NCBI GenBank assembly: GCA_963730185.1
Contig: CAVSQW010000012.1
Coordinates: forward strand, 256,001 to 320,000
Source of the DNA: an uncultured Gemmatimonadales bacterium
GTDB lineage: Bacteria > Gemmatimonadota > Gemmatimonadetes > Gemmatimonadales > GWC2-71-9
Direction of reading: 5' to 3'
Length of the DNA: 64,000 nucleotides
A model generated the notes under the pieces. That model had not been told where the DNA came from, made no database searches, and saw nothing but the letters and a program-made list of their open reading frames with translations. The first letter of the stretch is position 1. Each line of letters opens with the position of its first letter. The position numbers were made by a program, and so were the translations under genes. Positions 11,723 to 22,254 of this stretch are shown in pieces.

Positions 11723-14062
11723 ATGACCAGACTCGCCACCCGACTCCGCGCCTTCGGCGCGGCCGCCGCCCTCGCCCTGCCGGCGGTCCCCACGACTGTC
11801 GCCGCGCAGGTGGACTACCACCGGGCCGACCTGATCCGCACCGCGCCCAGCCACCTCCTCGGCGCGCCCGACTGGGTCAACCTGTTCGGCTTCGGCGACC
11901 CCAGCTGGCTCCGGGACAGCACCCGCTTCTGGTACCGGGTCGCCACCGACCGCGGGAACGAGTTCGTCCTGGTCGATCCCGTCCGCGCGCTCAGGCGGCC
12001 GCTCTTCGACAACGGCCGGCTGGCGGCCGCGCTGTCGGTGGCCGGCGATACCGCATTCGCGCCCAACAAGCTGCCCTTTCGGACCTTCGAGTTCGTGCGG
12101 GACGAATCGGCGATCGCGTTTCGGGTCGGGAAGGCCCGGTACGAGTGCGTGCTCGCGACCTATCGCTGCGTCAAAGGCGACACGCTGACCACCGCGCCTC
12201 CGAGCTGGGCGGTGATCTCGCCCGACCGGAAGTGGGCGGCCGTGAGCCGGCATCACGACATCTGGATCCGGAGCGTCGACTCGACCGTCCGCGATTCCGT
12301 CCGGCTCACCACCGACGGCGCGGCCGAGTTCAGCTACGGGCTGGCCAGCCCGGAGACGGTAATGCCCGACCCCGACCAGCGCCGGCCCAGCTTGGTCTGG
12401 TCGCCCGATTCCAAACGGATCGCGGTGCTCAGGATCGACGAGCGCGGGGTCCGGAAGCTCCCGGTGTACTCGTCGACCGGGACGGCACCCAAGCTGTTCC
12501 AGTACCCGGTGGCCCTACCGATGGACTCGATCGTGCCGACCTACGAGATCCACGTCCTCGACCTGGCCTCCAAGGCCAACGTGACGATTCAGGGCGCCAA
12601 GCCGGTGGCCAGCGTCTTCGGCTGGAGCGGCGACGACGCGGTGCAGTGGTCGCCCAAGTCGGACCGGGTCTACTTCATCGACCCGAAGCGCGCCAACCAA
12701 GGCGTCCGGTTGCTCTGGGCCGACGCCGCGACCGGCGCGTCGCACCTCGTCCTGGCCGACTCGGAGGCGACTTTCATCGAGAACGCCGACGGAATCATGA
12801 CCGGCAACTGGCGGGTGGTGAACGACCAGGACGTCGTCTGGTGGTCCGAGCGGGACGGCTGGGGACACTTCTACCGCTACGACCTGAACGGCACGCTCCA
12901 GAACCAGATCACCTCGGGCCCCTGGCTGGCCGACCATCTCAAGCACGTCGACCCGACCGCCCGGCAGCTCTACTTCACCGCCCTCGGCCGCGACTCGGCC
13001 AATCCGTACTACGCCCATCTGATGCGGATTGGCCTCGACGGGAGCGGCCTGACCGACCTCACCCCCGAGACGGGACACCACCTGGTCTCGGTGGTCCCGA
13101 CCGGGCGCGCGTTCGTCGACGTGCTGACCCGGCCCGACCTGCCTCCGCTCACCACGCTCCGGTCCACGGTCGACGGGCGGAAGGTGCTCGACCTCGAGCG
13201 GGCCGACGACAAGGAGATGGTGGCCCTCGGCTGGACCCCGCCGATCCCCTTCAAGGTCAAGGCCCGCGACGGGGTGACCGACCTCTACGGCTTCCTGTAC
13301 CTGCCCTCCACGCTCGACACCACCCGGAAGTACCCGGTGGTGAACCACGTGTACCCAGGGCCGCAGGTCGGCACCATCCTCTCCTACGGATTCAACACCA
13401 GCGGCGAGCAGCGGGGCCTGGCCGAGCTGGGCTTCATCGTCGTCCAGGTCAATGCGCTCGGCACCCCGGGGCGGTCCAAGGCGTTCCACGACGCCTACTA
13501 CGGCAACATGGGCGACAACGGCATTCCCGATCAGATCGCGGCGATCAAGCAGCTGGCCGTGCGCTACCGGTTCATGGACCTGGACCGGGTCGGCGTCTAC
13601 GGTCACTCGGGCGGCGGGTTCGCGTCGACCGACGCGATCCTCCGCTACCCGGACTTCTACAAGGTGGCCGTGTCGGGCTCGGGCAACCACGACAACCGGA
13701 CCTACCGGTTCGACTGGGGCGAGAAGTACCAGGGACGCTTCCATCAGGACTCGACCACGGGCAAGGACAACTTCGAGAGCCAGGCCAACTACCTCCTGGC
13801 CGGCAACCTGAAGGGCCACCTGCTTCTGATGCACGGCGACATGGACACCAACGTCCATCCCGCCATGACGCTCCGGTTGGTGGATGCCCTGATCAAGGCG
13901 GGCAAGGACTTCGACATGCTGATCGTGCCGGACGCGCCCCACGGGCTTCCGGTCTACACGATCAAGAAGCGGTGGGACTACTTCGTCCGCTGGCTGATGG
14001 GGGCCGAGCCGCCGCGCGACTACACCATGCTGACCTGCGGCGACCCGGCCTGCCTGTTCTGA
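11723..14062 (+). CDS. Secreted S9 family dipeptidyl peptidase IV-like protein
   Basis: Signal peptide; DPPIV N-terminal propeller; GHSGGG nucleophile, HGDMDTNVH Asp and APHG His. Confidence 0.92.
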   Translation: MTRLATRLRAFGAAAALALPAVPTTVAAQVDYHRADLIRTAPSHLLGAPDWVNLFGFGDPSWLRDSTRFWYRVATDRGNEFVLVDPVRALRRPLFDNGRLAAALSVAGDTAFAPNKLPFRTFEFVRDESAIAFRVGKARYECVLATYRCVKGDTLTTAPPSWAVISPDRKWAAVSRHHDIWIRSVDSTVRDSVRLTTDGAAEFSYGLASPETVMPDPDQRRPSLVWSPDSKRIAVLRIDERGVRKLPVYSSTGTAPKLFQYPVALPMDSIVPTYEIHVLDLASKANVTIQGAKPVASVFGWSGDDAVQWSPKSDRVYFIDPKRANQGVRLLWADAATGASHLVLADSEATFIENADGIMTGNWRVVNDQDVVWWSERDGWGHFYRYDLNGTLQNQITSGPWLADHLKHVDPTARQLYFTALGRDSANPYYAHLMRIGLDGSGLTDLTPETGHHLVSVVPTGRAFVDVLTRPDLPPLTTLRSTVDGRKVLDLERADDKEMVALGWTPPIPFKVKARDGVTDLYGFLYLPSTLDTTRKYPVVNHVYPGPQVGTILSYGFNTSGEQRGLAELGFIVVQVNALGTPGRSKAFHDAYYGNMGDNGIPDQIAAIKQLAVRYRFMDLDRVGVYGHSGGGFASTDAILRYPDFYKVAVSGSGNHDNRTYRFDWGEKYQGRFHQDSTTGKDNFESQANYLLAGNLKGHLLLMHGDMDTNVHPAMTLRLVDALIKAGKDFDMLIVPDAPHGLPVYTIKKRWDYFVRWLMGAEPPRDYTMLTCGDPACLF

Positions 14063-14098
14063 CCGGGGGAAGCGGCGCCGGCTGGTGGCGCGCCTCGG

Positions 14099-16039
14099 TC
14101 AGACCTCCGACTGGCGCGCCACCCACCGGTAGGTGGCCACCACCGCCGCCACCATCAGCGCCATCCCGACCCAGTGCGCCATCCCGGCGAAGTCCTCGCC
14201 GACGAGGGCCAGCGGCTCCGCCTTCCCGGTGCCGACGATGAGCCCCGCGTTGAGCACCCCGAGCAGGCTCTCGCCCACGATCAGACCGGAGGCGAGCAGC
14301 ACGCCGAAGCGCTTGCCCATCTCGCCGTTGGCCCGGCGGCTCATCATCCGGTCGTAGAGCCACCCCACGATCGCGCCGACCACCACCGGCTGGGTGGCGT
14401 CCATCGGGAGATAGATCCCGATCCCGACCGCCAGCGGCGACAGCCGGAGCAGCTTGAACACGCCGAGCAGCTCGTCGACGACGATCGCGCCAACCCCCAC
14501 CAGGGCACCGATCCGGATCAGGTTCCAGTCGAGCTGGGCGTTGAGCACGCCCCGGGCCAGGGTGGAGATCAGCGCGGCCTGCGGGGCCGGGAGCGGGGTC
14601 GCCGCGATCGCGGCGCGGTTCGGGTCGCCGGGAAATCCGTAGGCGTGGTTCAAGAGACTCAGGATCGGTGGGATGACGATCGAGCCCGCGATCACCCCGA
14701 CGATCAGCGCCACCTGCTGCCGCCACGGCGAGGCGCCCACCAACTGGCCGGTCTTGAGGTCCTGCAGGTTGTCGTTGGAGATCGTGGCGATCGAGAAGAC
14801 GATCGCGACCGCGAAGAGCGCGAACGCCACCAACGTGTCGGTGGCCCCGGGCCCGAGGCGGGGCTGGGCGAAGAGCGCCAGCAGAAGCGCCATCGCGACC
14901 GTGGCCAGGATGCCGATCCCGCTCACCGGACTGTTCGACGCCCCGATCAGCCCCGCCATGTAGCCAGCCACCGTGGCGACGAAGGCGCCGATCAGGAGGG
15001 TGAAGAACACCCCGCCCAGCACCAGCGGCCAGCGGAGCGGACTCAGCGGCCCCGTGCCGATGAAGTGGTAGAGCAGCCAGCCGATCATCACCAGGCAGAT
15101 CGCCGACAGCGCGCCGATCGTCCCCAGCGGCAGATCCCGCTCGCGGTCGGCGCCGACCCCGGCCGCCGCCCCGGCCCGCGCCGTGGCCATGATGCCGCCG
15201 AAGACGGGCTTGACCAGCTTGAGCAGACTCCAGATGGCCGCGATGCCGATCGCGCCGGCGCCGATGAACCGGACCTTGGTCGCCCAGATCGTTTGCGCCA
15301 CGTCGGCCACCGGACCAGGCAGCCCGGCGCTCAGGAGCGGCACCGCCACCCCCCAGGCGATCAGGAGGCCCGCCAGCATGGCCAGACCGACGGAGATGCC
15401 GACCAGGTGCCCGGCGCCGAAGAGCGCCAGCGAATAGCCGATGGTGACGCCGCTCGCGCCCGTGCCAACCCGGAAGAACTTGGTGATCCCGGTCGCCGCG
15501 ATTCCCGTGAAGCTCACGATCTGGGTGCCGGCCGCGGTCAGCGCGCCCACCAGCACGATCAACGGCCCCCGCTTCCGCTCCAGCACGTCGGCCGAGGCCT
15601 CGTCGCCGGTGGCCCCGACCTTGAGGACCTCCGCCGCCGCGACGCCCTCCGGGAAGGGCAGGTCGGAGTTGATCACCAGCGCCCGGCGGAGGGGGATCGA
15701 GAAGAGCACGCCGAGGATGCCGCCCAGCGAGCAAATCAGGAAGGTGGTGAGAAAGGGAAAGCCTTGCCACCAGCCGATCATCACCAGACCCGGCAGCACG
15801 AAGATGATGGCCGAGAGCGTGCCGCCCGCCGACGCCACCGTCTGAACGATGTTGTTCTCTTTGATGGTCCCGGTCCGGAGGGCGCGCAGCACGCCCATCG
15901 AGATGACGGCGGCTGGAATCGACGACGCGATGGTGAGGCCGACGCGGAGGCCCAGGAACACGTTCGCCGCGGTGAAGACGGCGGCGATGACCGCGCCGAG
16001 GATCAGGCCGCGCGGGGTGAGCTCGGTTTCTCGGGGCAT
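14099..16039 (-). CDS. OPT family oligopeptide transporter
   Basis: ASSIPAAVISM, ENNIVQTVASAGG, LPFPEG, NDNLQDLKTG and LPAPQA motifs. Confidence 0.93.
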   Translation of the reverse strand: MPRETELTPRGLILGAVIAAVFTAANVFLGLRVGLTIASSIPAAVISMGVLRALRTGTIKENNIVQTVASAGGTLSAIIFVLPGLVMIGWWQGFPFLTTFLICSLGGILGVLFSIPLRRALVINSDLPFPEGVAAAEVLKVGATGDEASADVLERKRGPLIVLVGALTAAGTQIVSFTGIAATGITKFFRVGTGASGVTIGYSLALFGAGHLVGISVGLAMLAGLLIAWGVAVPLLSAGLPGPVADVAQTIWATKVRFIGAGAIGIAAIWSLLKLVKPVFGGIMATARAGAAAGVGADRERDLPLGTIGALSAICLVMIGWLLYHFIGTGPLSPLRWPLVLGGVFFTLLIGAFVATVAGYMAGLIGASNSPVSGIGILATVAMALLLALFAQPRLGPGATDTLVAFALFAVAIVFSIATISNDNLQDLKTGQLVGASPWRQQVALIVGVIAGSIVIPPILSLLNHAYGFPGDPNRAAIAATPLPAPQAALISTLARGVLNAQLDWNLIRIGALVGVGAIVVDELLGVFKLLRLSPLAVGIGIYLPMDATQPVVVGAIVGWLYDRMMSRRANGEMGKRFGVLLASGLIVGESLLGVLNAGLIVGTGKAEPLALVGEDFAGMAHWVGMALMVAAVVATYRWVARQSEV

Positions 16040-16120
16040 GGAACGCTCGGTTCGAGACGCCGCGAATCTACCTCGCGGCGCCCGATCGAGCGAACCCCAC
16101 CCCGCCCCTTCCCGCCCTCC

Positions 16121-17269
16121 TCAGGGCAGGCGGAACCGGACCACCGTGTCCTCGAGCGGAATTTCCCGAGTCACCGGGGTCGGCGGCCCGGAGGCCGTCC
16201 AGCCCGCCATCGTCCCCTCGAACCCGCTGGTCCGGCCCAGCCGCTCGTAGCGGTCGAACACGAACGGGACGCCTTCCGCGCCAAGCGGCGAGCTGGCGTC
16301 CTCCAGGTGAAGGTGGAGGTGCGGCGCGTCGGAGTTGCCGGTGTTCCCGAGGAGCCCGACCTGCTGGCCGCGCTTGACCCGATCGCCCACCCTGACCTTG
16401 ACGGAGCCGGGCTGGAGGTGCGCGTAGAAGGCGTAGTGGCCGTTGCCCAGATCGATGATCACGTGGTTCCCACCGACGGTCTCCAAGGTGATCGGCACGG
16501 CCCGCTTCGGCGCGAGCGGAACGTTCTCCGGGATCCCGTCCTTCGTCTCGGTCACGATCCCGTCGGCGACGGCCACGACCGGGGTGCCCCAGCCGTACCA
16601 GTTCGAGTTCACGGTCGAGTCGCCGTGAAAGAGCCGCCCATCCGGACCGAGCTTGACCCAGTCGGTGGCGAACCGCTGCGAGATCCTGGCCCGACCGCCG
16701 AGGGGAATCGCGGTCCGGCGATGCCCGGAGGTATTGCCGGGCCCGTTGGCCGCCACCCAGGGACCGCCGTCAAACGGCGCCGAGATGACCGGCGCCTCAC
16801 CCCGAACCGCCACCTCGTAACCCTCCAGGGTATCGCGGCGGGCCGCGGTCGAATCGCCGGTGGTGACGATCAGTCGATGGGTGAGGACCGACGGGGCCGT
16901 TCGTCCCGCCGGGAAAGTGACCCAGAGGTAGACCAGGGCCGTGCCACCGCCGGAGATCGTCCCCGCGCTGTCGCCGGGCGTGAGCGACCGCCAGGCGGCC
17001 GCGAGATCGGCTCCCGTCAGATCGAGCACCGGCTCGCCGGCGCCCGCGAGCACCTGGAGCTCGACGACGTGCCCAGCGGCCCGTGCCAGGTTGGTCGCCC
17101 AGATCTCGTAGGCGAGCCGCGTCTGCCCCTCGGCCCGCACCGGCGTCGGCGCCTTCGGCGTGTGGAGCTCGAGTGGCACCAGGTGGAGCTGAGCTGCGAG
17201 CCCGGCGGGCGCGAGACCCGCGAGCGCGCTCAGCGCGAGACGGAATGACAACGATCGAGCAGACGGCAT
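16121..17269 (-). CDS. Secreted M23 family metallopeptidase
   Basis: Signal peptide; GNHVII, YAHLQPGS and GNTGNSDAPHLHL motifs; QRFATD in place of HxxxD. Confidence 0.85.
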   Translation of the reverse strand: MPSARSLSFRLALSALAGLAPAGLAAQLHLVPLELHTPKAPTPVRAEGQTRLAYEIWATNLARAAGHVVELQVLAGAGEPVLDLTGADLAAAWRSLTPGDSAGTISGGGTALVYLWVTFPAGRTAPSVLTHRLIVTTGDSTAARRDTLEGYEVAVRGEAPVISAPFDGGPWVAANGPGNTSGHRRTAIPLGGRARISQRFATDWVKLGPDGRLFHGDSTVNSNWYGWGTPVVAVADGIVTETKDGIPENVPLAPKRAVPITLETVGGNHVIIDLGNGHYAFYAHLQPGSVKVRVGDRVKRGQQVGLLGNTGNSDAPHLHLHLEDASSPLGAEGVPFVFDRYERLGRTSGFEGTMAGWTASGPPTPVTREIPLEDTVVRFRLP

Positions 17270-17305
17270 CGGCGACCTTCCTGCGAGCAATGATCCGGCC
17301 AGGGC

Positions 17306-17363
17306 CCCCGGCCATCGGGCCGCAACCCCCGGCTATCGGGCCGGGACCCCGGCCATCGGGCCG
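17306..17363. repeat. Three direct repeats of CCCCGGC(C/T)ATCGGGCCG spaced 21/20 bp
   Basis: Copies at 17306-17322, 17327-17343 and 17347-17363 in the divergent intergenic region. Confidence 0.8.
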
Positions 17364-17504
17364 GAAGACCGGGCACGGTATGCGAAACTGTATACGAAAG
17401 GTCCGGCGAAAGGTTTCCCGGCGCCTCGACGGCCTTCCCCGTCGCCGCGACCGGCGATACTCTGCCCTCGTCGCGCCACCACCCACCCCGACCCTGAGCC
17501 GCCC

Positions 17505-17984
17505 GTGCCCATCTACGACATCCCGGTCACCACCATCGAGGGCGAGCCTCAGACGCTCGCGCCCTTCGCGGGCCAGACGCTGCTGATCGTCAACGTCGCC
17601 AGCAAGTGCGGCTTCACGCCCCAATACACCGGGCTCGAGGCGCTCTACCAGAAGTATCGCGACCGGGGTTTCGCGATCCTCGGCTTCCCGTGCGACCAGT
17701 TCGGCCACCAGGAGCCCGGCTCGGAAGCCGAGATCCAGGCGTTCTGCTCCACGACCTACGGCGTGACCTTCCCGATGTTCGCCAAGATCAAGGTGAACGG
17801 GGCCGACACCCACCCGCTCTACCGGCTCCTCAAGACCGCCAAACCCGGCCTGCTCGGCACCGACGCGATCAAGTGGAACTTCACCAAGTTCCTGGTCGGT
17901 CCGGACGGGGAGGTTCTGGAGCGATTCGCGCCCAAGACCACGCCCGAGGAGATCGACGCCGTGCTGGCCCGGCGGCTTGCCTAA
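17505..17984 (+). CDS. Glutathione peroxidase (Cys-type)
   Basis: VNVASKCGFTPQY, GFPCDQFGHQEPG and IKWNFTKFLV motifs. Confidence 0.95.
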   Translation: MPIYDIPVTTIEGEPQTLAPFAGQTLLIVNVASKCGFTPQYTGLEALYQKYRDRGFAILGFPCDQFGHQEPGSEAEIQAFCSTTYGVTFPMFAKIKVNGADTHPLYRLLKTAKPGLLGTDAIKWNFTKFLVGPDGEVLERFAPKTTPEEIDAVLARRLA

Positions 17985-19489
17985 CGCTCCAGCCTGGCGC
18001 CCGGATCGAGCCGGACCCGCTCCGCCGCCGTCGCCACCAGCCAGCCGGTGGCGTACATCCAGCGGGTCATCCGGGTGAGCTTGGGATAGTCGATCGTGTC
18101 CGGCTCGTCGGCCGGGGTGTGGTACCGCGGGTGGGGCAAGGTGCTGAAGTAGATGGCCGGCACCCCGACCCGGGCGTACGAGGCGTGGTCGCTCCGAAAA
18201 TACCAACCCTCCGGATGGGTGGGCCGATCCCACGACGAGTCGATCACGAAGTGCGAGACCAGGTCGTTGGCCCGGAGGGCCATCGCGACCAGGTCGGTCG
18301 AGTTCCGGTGGGGCGGCTGGGTGCCCAGCAACCCGGCCGTGTCGGGGGCGTTGCCCCCGATCATGTCGCCGTTGATCACCGCGACGATCGAGTCCTTGGG
18401 CACCTCGGGATGGGCCGCGTGGTACCGGGAGCCGAGGAGTCCTTTCTCCTCGGCGCCGTGCCAGACGAAGAGGGCGGAGCGGGGCGCGGGATGGCGGGCG
18501 AAGGCCCGACCGATCGCCAGCAGGCCGACGCTCACGCTGGCGTTGTCGTCGGCGCCGTTCCAGATCGAGTCCCCGGCCACCGGCTCCTTGACGCCGTCGT
18601 GGTCCTGGTGGCCGCTGAAGAGGACGTACTCGCCCCGGCGGGCCGGGTCGGTCCCGGGCACCCGGGCCACGACGTTGACCGACGGCACCGTGAACCGCTC
18701 GAAGAAGAGGGTCGCCTGGAGCCGCTGCCCGGGGGTCGCGAGCCCAGGGCCGGCGCTTTGGTGTACCCAGACCACCGGGATCGAGGTGTCGGGTCCGAGC
18801 CGCGAGGAGGCGGCGACGTCGAGCCCGTAGCTGCCGTTGGTGAACCAGTGCGACGCGAAGCCCCAGCCCGAGTCGGCCACCGCGTCGGACACCATCACGA
18901 TCGCGGCCGGATGGAGCTGAGCCAGCGTCGCGACCCGCTCGCCGATGGCCGCCATGGCATACCGCATCGGCCGGAGGGAGATGTCCTTGGGGAGGACCCG
19001 GGCCGGCGGCGTGATCTGCACCACGACCGCTTTCCCCGCCAGGTCGAGCCCCTCGAGTGCCGGCTTCCGGCCGTCGCCGGCCGAGACCAGCGGCGCGTCG
19101 ACGATGGCGTTGCCGCCCGACACGACCACGGCATCGGGGCCGATGGCGAACGCCCGGCCCCCGATCGAGAGGGTGCTGGTGCTCGAGATCCTGACCCGGG
19201 CCATCGACCAGAACTGGAAATACGTCCCGTCGTCGCCGGCCGGCTCGAGGCCGGCGTCCCGGGCCCGCTCGGCGAGCCAGGCCGAGGCCTTGAGCTCGTC
19301 GAGGGTGCCGGCTTCGCGGCCGCGGAAGTGGTCGCCGGCCATGGCGTAGAGATCGGCGCGGAGATCGGTCTGCCGAATCGCGTCGAGCGCCGGGGGCAGG
19401 CCGCCGTCCGGGCCCGGGGTCGGAGCGCTGGTGGAACGGCCGGCGCAGCCGATCAGCAGGGCGACGCCGAGGGGTGTGAGGTGTCTCAT
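17981..19489 (-). CDS. M28 family peptidase lipoprotein with PA insert
   Basis: Lipobox LIGC; SGHQDHDG, NGADDNAS, GAEEKGLLGS, RSDH and YHTPAD motifs. Confidence 0.9.
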   Translation of the reverse strand: MRHLTPLGVALLIGCAGRSTSAPTPGPDGGLPPALDAIRQTDLRADLYAMAGDHFRGREAGTLDELKASAWLAERARDAGLEPAGDDGTYFQFWSMARVRISSTSTLSIGGRAFAIGPDAVVVSGGNAIVDAPLVSAGDGRKPALEGLDLAGKAVVVQITPPARVLPKDISLRPMRYAMAAIGERVATLAQLHPAAIVMVSDAVADSGWGFASHWFTNGSYGLDVAASSRLGPDTSIPVVWVHQSAGPGLATPGQRLQATLFFERFTVPSVNVVARVPGTDPARRGEYVLFSGHQDHDGVKEPVAGDSIWNGADDNASVSVGLLAIGRAFARHPAPRSALFVWHGAEEKGLLGSRYHAAHPEVPKDSIVAVINGDMIGGNAPDTAGLLGTQPPHRNSTDLVAMALRANDLVSHFVIDSSWDRPTHPEGWYFRSDHASYARVGVPAIYFSTLPHPRYHTPADEPDTIDYPKLTRMTRWMYATGWLVATAAERVRLDPGARLER

Positions 19490-19650
19490 GGGGAAGCTCG
19501 CTCGGATCGCGCTCCGGCAGGCGGGCCGGAACGGCTGGATGATTTGCGGTTCATGGAAGGCCCGGGCGCGCGGAGCCTAACGACCGGGCGGCGTATTGCG
19601 CCACCGCCGGGGAGCCGGTAGCTTCGACCACACTCTCCCCCAAGACTATC

Positions 19651-20493
19651 ATGCCCAATATCGGCTACTACCATCCTCAGATCGTTCACTTCGTCATCGC
19701 CCTCGGGATCGTGGGGGTCGTGCTGCGCCTGGCCAGCCTCAGCGGCAAGCTGAAGTGGACCGGGCCGGCGGCGGCCACGCTTCTGCTCATCGCCGGGGCT
19801 GCCAGCTACGCCGCCGCCAGGTCGGGCCACGACGCCCACGGCCCGGTGGAACGGGTGCCCGGCGCCGCTGAGGCCGTGCAAGACCACGAGGAGTGGGGCG
19901 ACCGGACCCGGAACGTCCTCCTCGTCATCGCCGGCCTCGAGCTGATCGGGCTGGCGCTCCGCAAGAAGGAGAAGGCGGCCTACGCGATGCACGTCGTGTC
20001 GGCCCTGGTCGGGCTCGGGGCCGTCTACTCGATCTACGAGACCGGCGAGCACGGCGGCGTCCTGGTGTACGACCATGCCGGCGGCGTCGGCATCCGGAGC
20101 GGCGAGCCGGGCGACATCACCAATCTACTCGTCGCCGGCCTCTACGAACGGGCGATGCAGGCCCGAAGCCAGGGCGACAAGGACACCGCGGCGCGGCTCT
20201 TCGACGAGCTGGCCCAGCAGCGGCCGGACGACCCCAGCGTGAAGCTTCTGGCGCTCGACTCACAGCTCGAGGACCGGGGCGACGCCGCCGGGGCGCTGGC
20301 GGGACTGCACCAGCTCACGCCGCCCGAAGGAAACCGGCGGATTGGCTTCCAGTACCAGATCCTCCTGGCCCGGGCCTACGCCGGCGCCGGGTTTCGGGAC
20401 TCCGCGACGACCATCGTCAACAAGCTGAAGGAGATGGCGCCGCAAAGCCGGATGATCCAGGACCTGGAGAAGTCGCTCGGCCCAGCCCAGTGA
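19651..20493 (+). CDS. DUF2231-like membrane protein with C-terminal TPR-like helices
   Basis: HPQIVHFVIAL, HEEWG and TGEHGGVLVYDH conserved His motifs; 4 TM helices. Confidence 0.72.
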   Translation: MPNIGYYHPQIVHFVIALGIVGVVLRLASLSGKLKWTGPAAATLLLIAGAASYAAARSGHDAHGPVERVPGAAEAVQDHEEWGDRTRNVLLVIAGLELIGLALRKKEKAAYAMHVVSALVGLGAVYSIYETGEHGGVLVYDHAGGVGIRSGEPGDITNLLVAGLYERAMQARSQGDKDTAARLFDELAQQRPDDPSVKLLALDSQLEDRGDAAGALAGLHQLTPPEGNRRIGFQYQILLARAYAGAGFRDSATTIVNKLKEMAPQSRMIQDLEKSLGPAQ

Positions 20494-20508
20494 TCGGGCG
20501 AGCGGTGG

Positions 20509-22254
20509 CTAGCGGCCCTCGGCCGCCAGCCACCGCTCGATCCGGCTCCGGAGCCAGGGCAGCGGGACGTTGCCGTTCTGGAGCACCTGGTCGTGGAACT
20601 TCCGAACGTCGAAGGCGGTCCCGAGCTGTCGCCTGGCCTGCTCGCGCAGCGCCACCAACTCCAGATTCCCCAGCATGTAGGCCGTGGCCTGACCCGGCCA
20701 CGAGATGTAACGGTTGACCTCGCCCTGGATCTCGGCGGGGGGCCGGGTGGTGTGCACCTCGAGGTAGGCCACCGCAGAATCGCGACTCATCCGCCCGGTG
20801 TGGATTCCCGCGTCGACCACCAAGCGGGCCGCCCGGAACGCCCGGCTCGCCAGCCAGCCCAGCCGGTCCACGTCGGTCGAATAGAGTCCCAGCTCGTCGG
20901 CCAACCCCTCGGCGTAGAGCCCCCACCCCTCGATGAACCCGGTGCTCCCCAGATAGCGAACCACCGGGTGGAGCCCCTCCCGCTCCCGCGCGATCGAGAG
21001 CTGGAAGTGATGACCGGGGTAGGTCTCGTGAAAGGTCACCTGCTCGACGTTGGCCCGGCTGGTGTGGGTCGGATCGTAGGCGTTGATCAGAAACACGCCC
21101 GGCGCGCTCCCGTCCTCGGGGCCGGCGTTGTACTGTCCCGGGGCGCCCGCCCGGGCCCGGAACTCGGGATAGGGCTCGATCACCACCCGCGCGTCGGTCG
21201 TCAGGTCGGCCACCCGGGGCATCGCTTGGCGGGCCCGGTCCAGCGCAGCCTGGGCGTAGGCCATCAGCTCGTCCGACGTCTTGAAGGCGTACTTGGGGTC
21301 GGTCCGGAGCCGGGTCAGCGCCTCGGCCGGCGTGGCCCCGCCGAAGCCGCGCGCGGCCACCGCCGTCATCTCCCCTTCCACCCGACCCATCTCCGCCAAC
21401 CCGAGCCGATAGACGCTGTCGGGCGCCACGTCGAGGGTGCTGAAGCGCCGCACCTCGGCGCGATAGCAGTCCCGTCCCTGCGGATTGGCGGTCACCCCGA
21501 TCGCGTTCCGGGCCGAGGCCAGGTACCGGGTCGCCAGGAAATCGCGGTAGCGATGGAGGGCGGGGTTGAGCTCCTTGGCAACCGCCTCGAGATAGGCGCT
21601 CCGGAACGCCGGGGTCGAATCCCGCTCGGCCGGCGACGCGAACGGCGATCGCGCCACCGGGGTCGCGAGGATGTCGTCGAGCTGGTCGAGCACGGCATAG
21701 ACGATCACCTTGGGCGACGAGTAGCCCTGGGCCAGCCCGGCCGCGAGGTTGTCGATCTCGGTATCGATGTACTTGGGGAGGGCGCGGACCCGGGCCAGCG
21801 CCTGGGCCCGGAGCGAGTCGCTGCCCACCGGCTGCACCAGGGCAAGGTCGGAATACTCGGTCTGCCAGCCGTTCACGTAGGAGTTGACGGCCCAGAGCTC
21901 GAGCCGGCAGGCTCGCGACGCCACCGCCCCCTCCAGCTCTTCCCGGAGCACCGCGTAGGTCACGGCCTCGGGCCGGTCGCCAAGGGTGGTGGGGTCGATG
22001 GTCTGGAGCCGGGCCAGCCAGCCGTCCTCCTTCGCCTGCCAGCGCTCCAACGCGCCGAGCGAGTTGTCCGTGATCCGGCCCTGGTCCGCACCCGGAAGGC
22101 CGTTGACCGTACCGAACTCGGGGTGATAGGCGAGCAGACCGGCGAGGTAGTCGTCGGCGACCGCGGTGACCTTGGTGGCGGCGTCACCACCCGCGTGGCA
22201 TCCGGCGGCCAGAAGCGCGGCCAGGACAAGGGAGGTGAACCGGAATCGACCCAT
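20509..22254 (-). CDS. DUF885 family lipoprotein (putative metallopeptidase)
   Basis: Lipobox LAAGC; HETYPGHHFQ, EGWGLYAE, RAARLVVDAGIH and PGQATAYMLG motifs; TGATG coupling to the upstream permease. Confidence 0.9.
   Translation of the reverse strand: MGRFRFTSLVLAALLAAGCHAGGDAATKVTAVADDYLAGLLAYHPEFGTVNGLPGADQGRITDNSLGALERWQAKEDGWLARLQTIDPTTLGDRPEAVTYAVLREELEGAVASRACRLELWAVNSYVNGWQTEYSDLALVQPVGSDSLRAQALARVRALPKYIDTEIDNLAAGLAQGYSSPKVIVYAVLDQLDDILATPVARSPFASPAERDSTPAFRSAYLEAVAKELNPALHRYRDFLATRYLASARNAIGVTANPQGRDCYRAEVRRFSTLDVAPDSVYRLGLAEMGRVEGEMTAVAARGFGGATPAEALTRLRTDPKYAFKTSDELMAYAQAALDRARQAMPRVADLTTDARVVIEPYPEFRARAGAPGQYNAGPEDGSAPGVFLINAYDPTHTSRANVEQVTFHETYPGHHFQLSIAREREGLHPVVRYLGSTGFIEGWGLYAEGLADELGLYSTDVDRLGWLASRAFRAARLVVDAGIHTGRMSRDSAVAYLEVHTTRPPAEIQGEVNRYISWPGQATAYMLGNLELVALREQARRQLGTAFDVRKFHDQVLQNGNVPLPWLRSRIERWLAAEGR

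Noticed and set aside
17306..17363. Mini CRISPR array
   Set aside because: Repeats are 17 bp with only 3-4 bp between them, and no cas genes are present.
17580..17615. Selenocysteine glutathione peroxidase
   Set aside because: The active-site codon is TGC (Cys), with no in-frame TGA.
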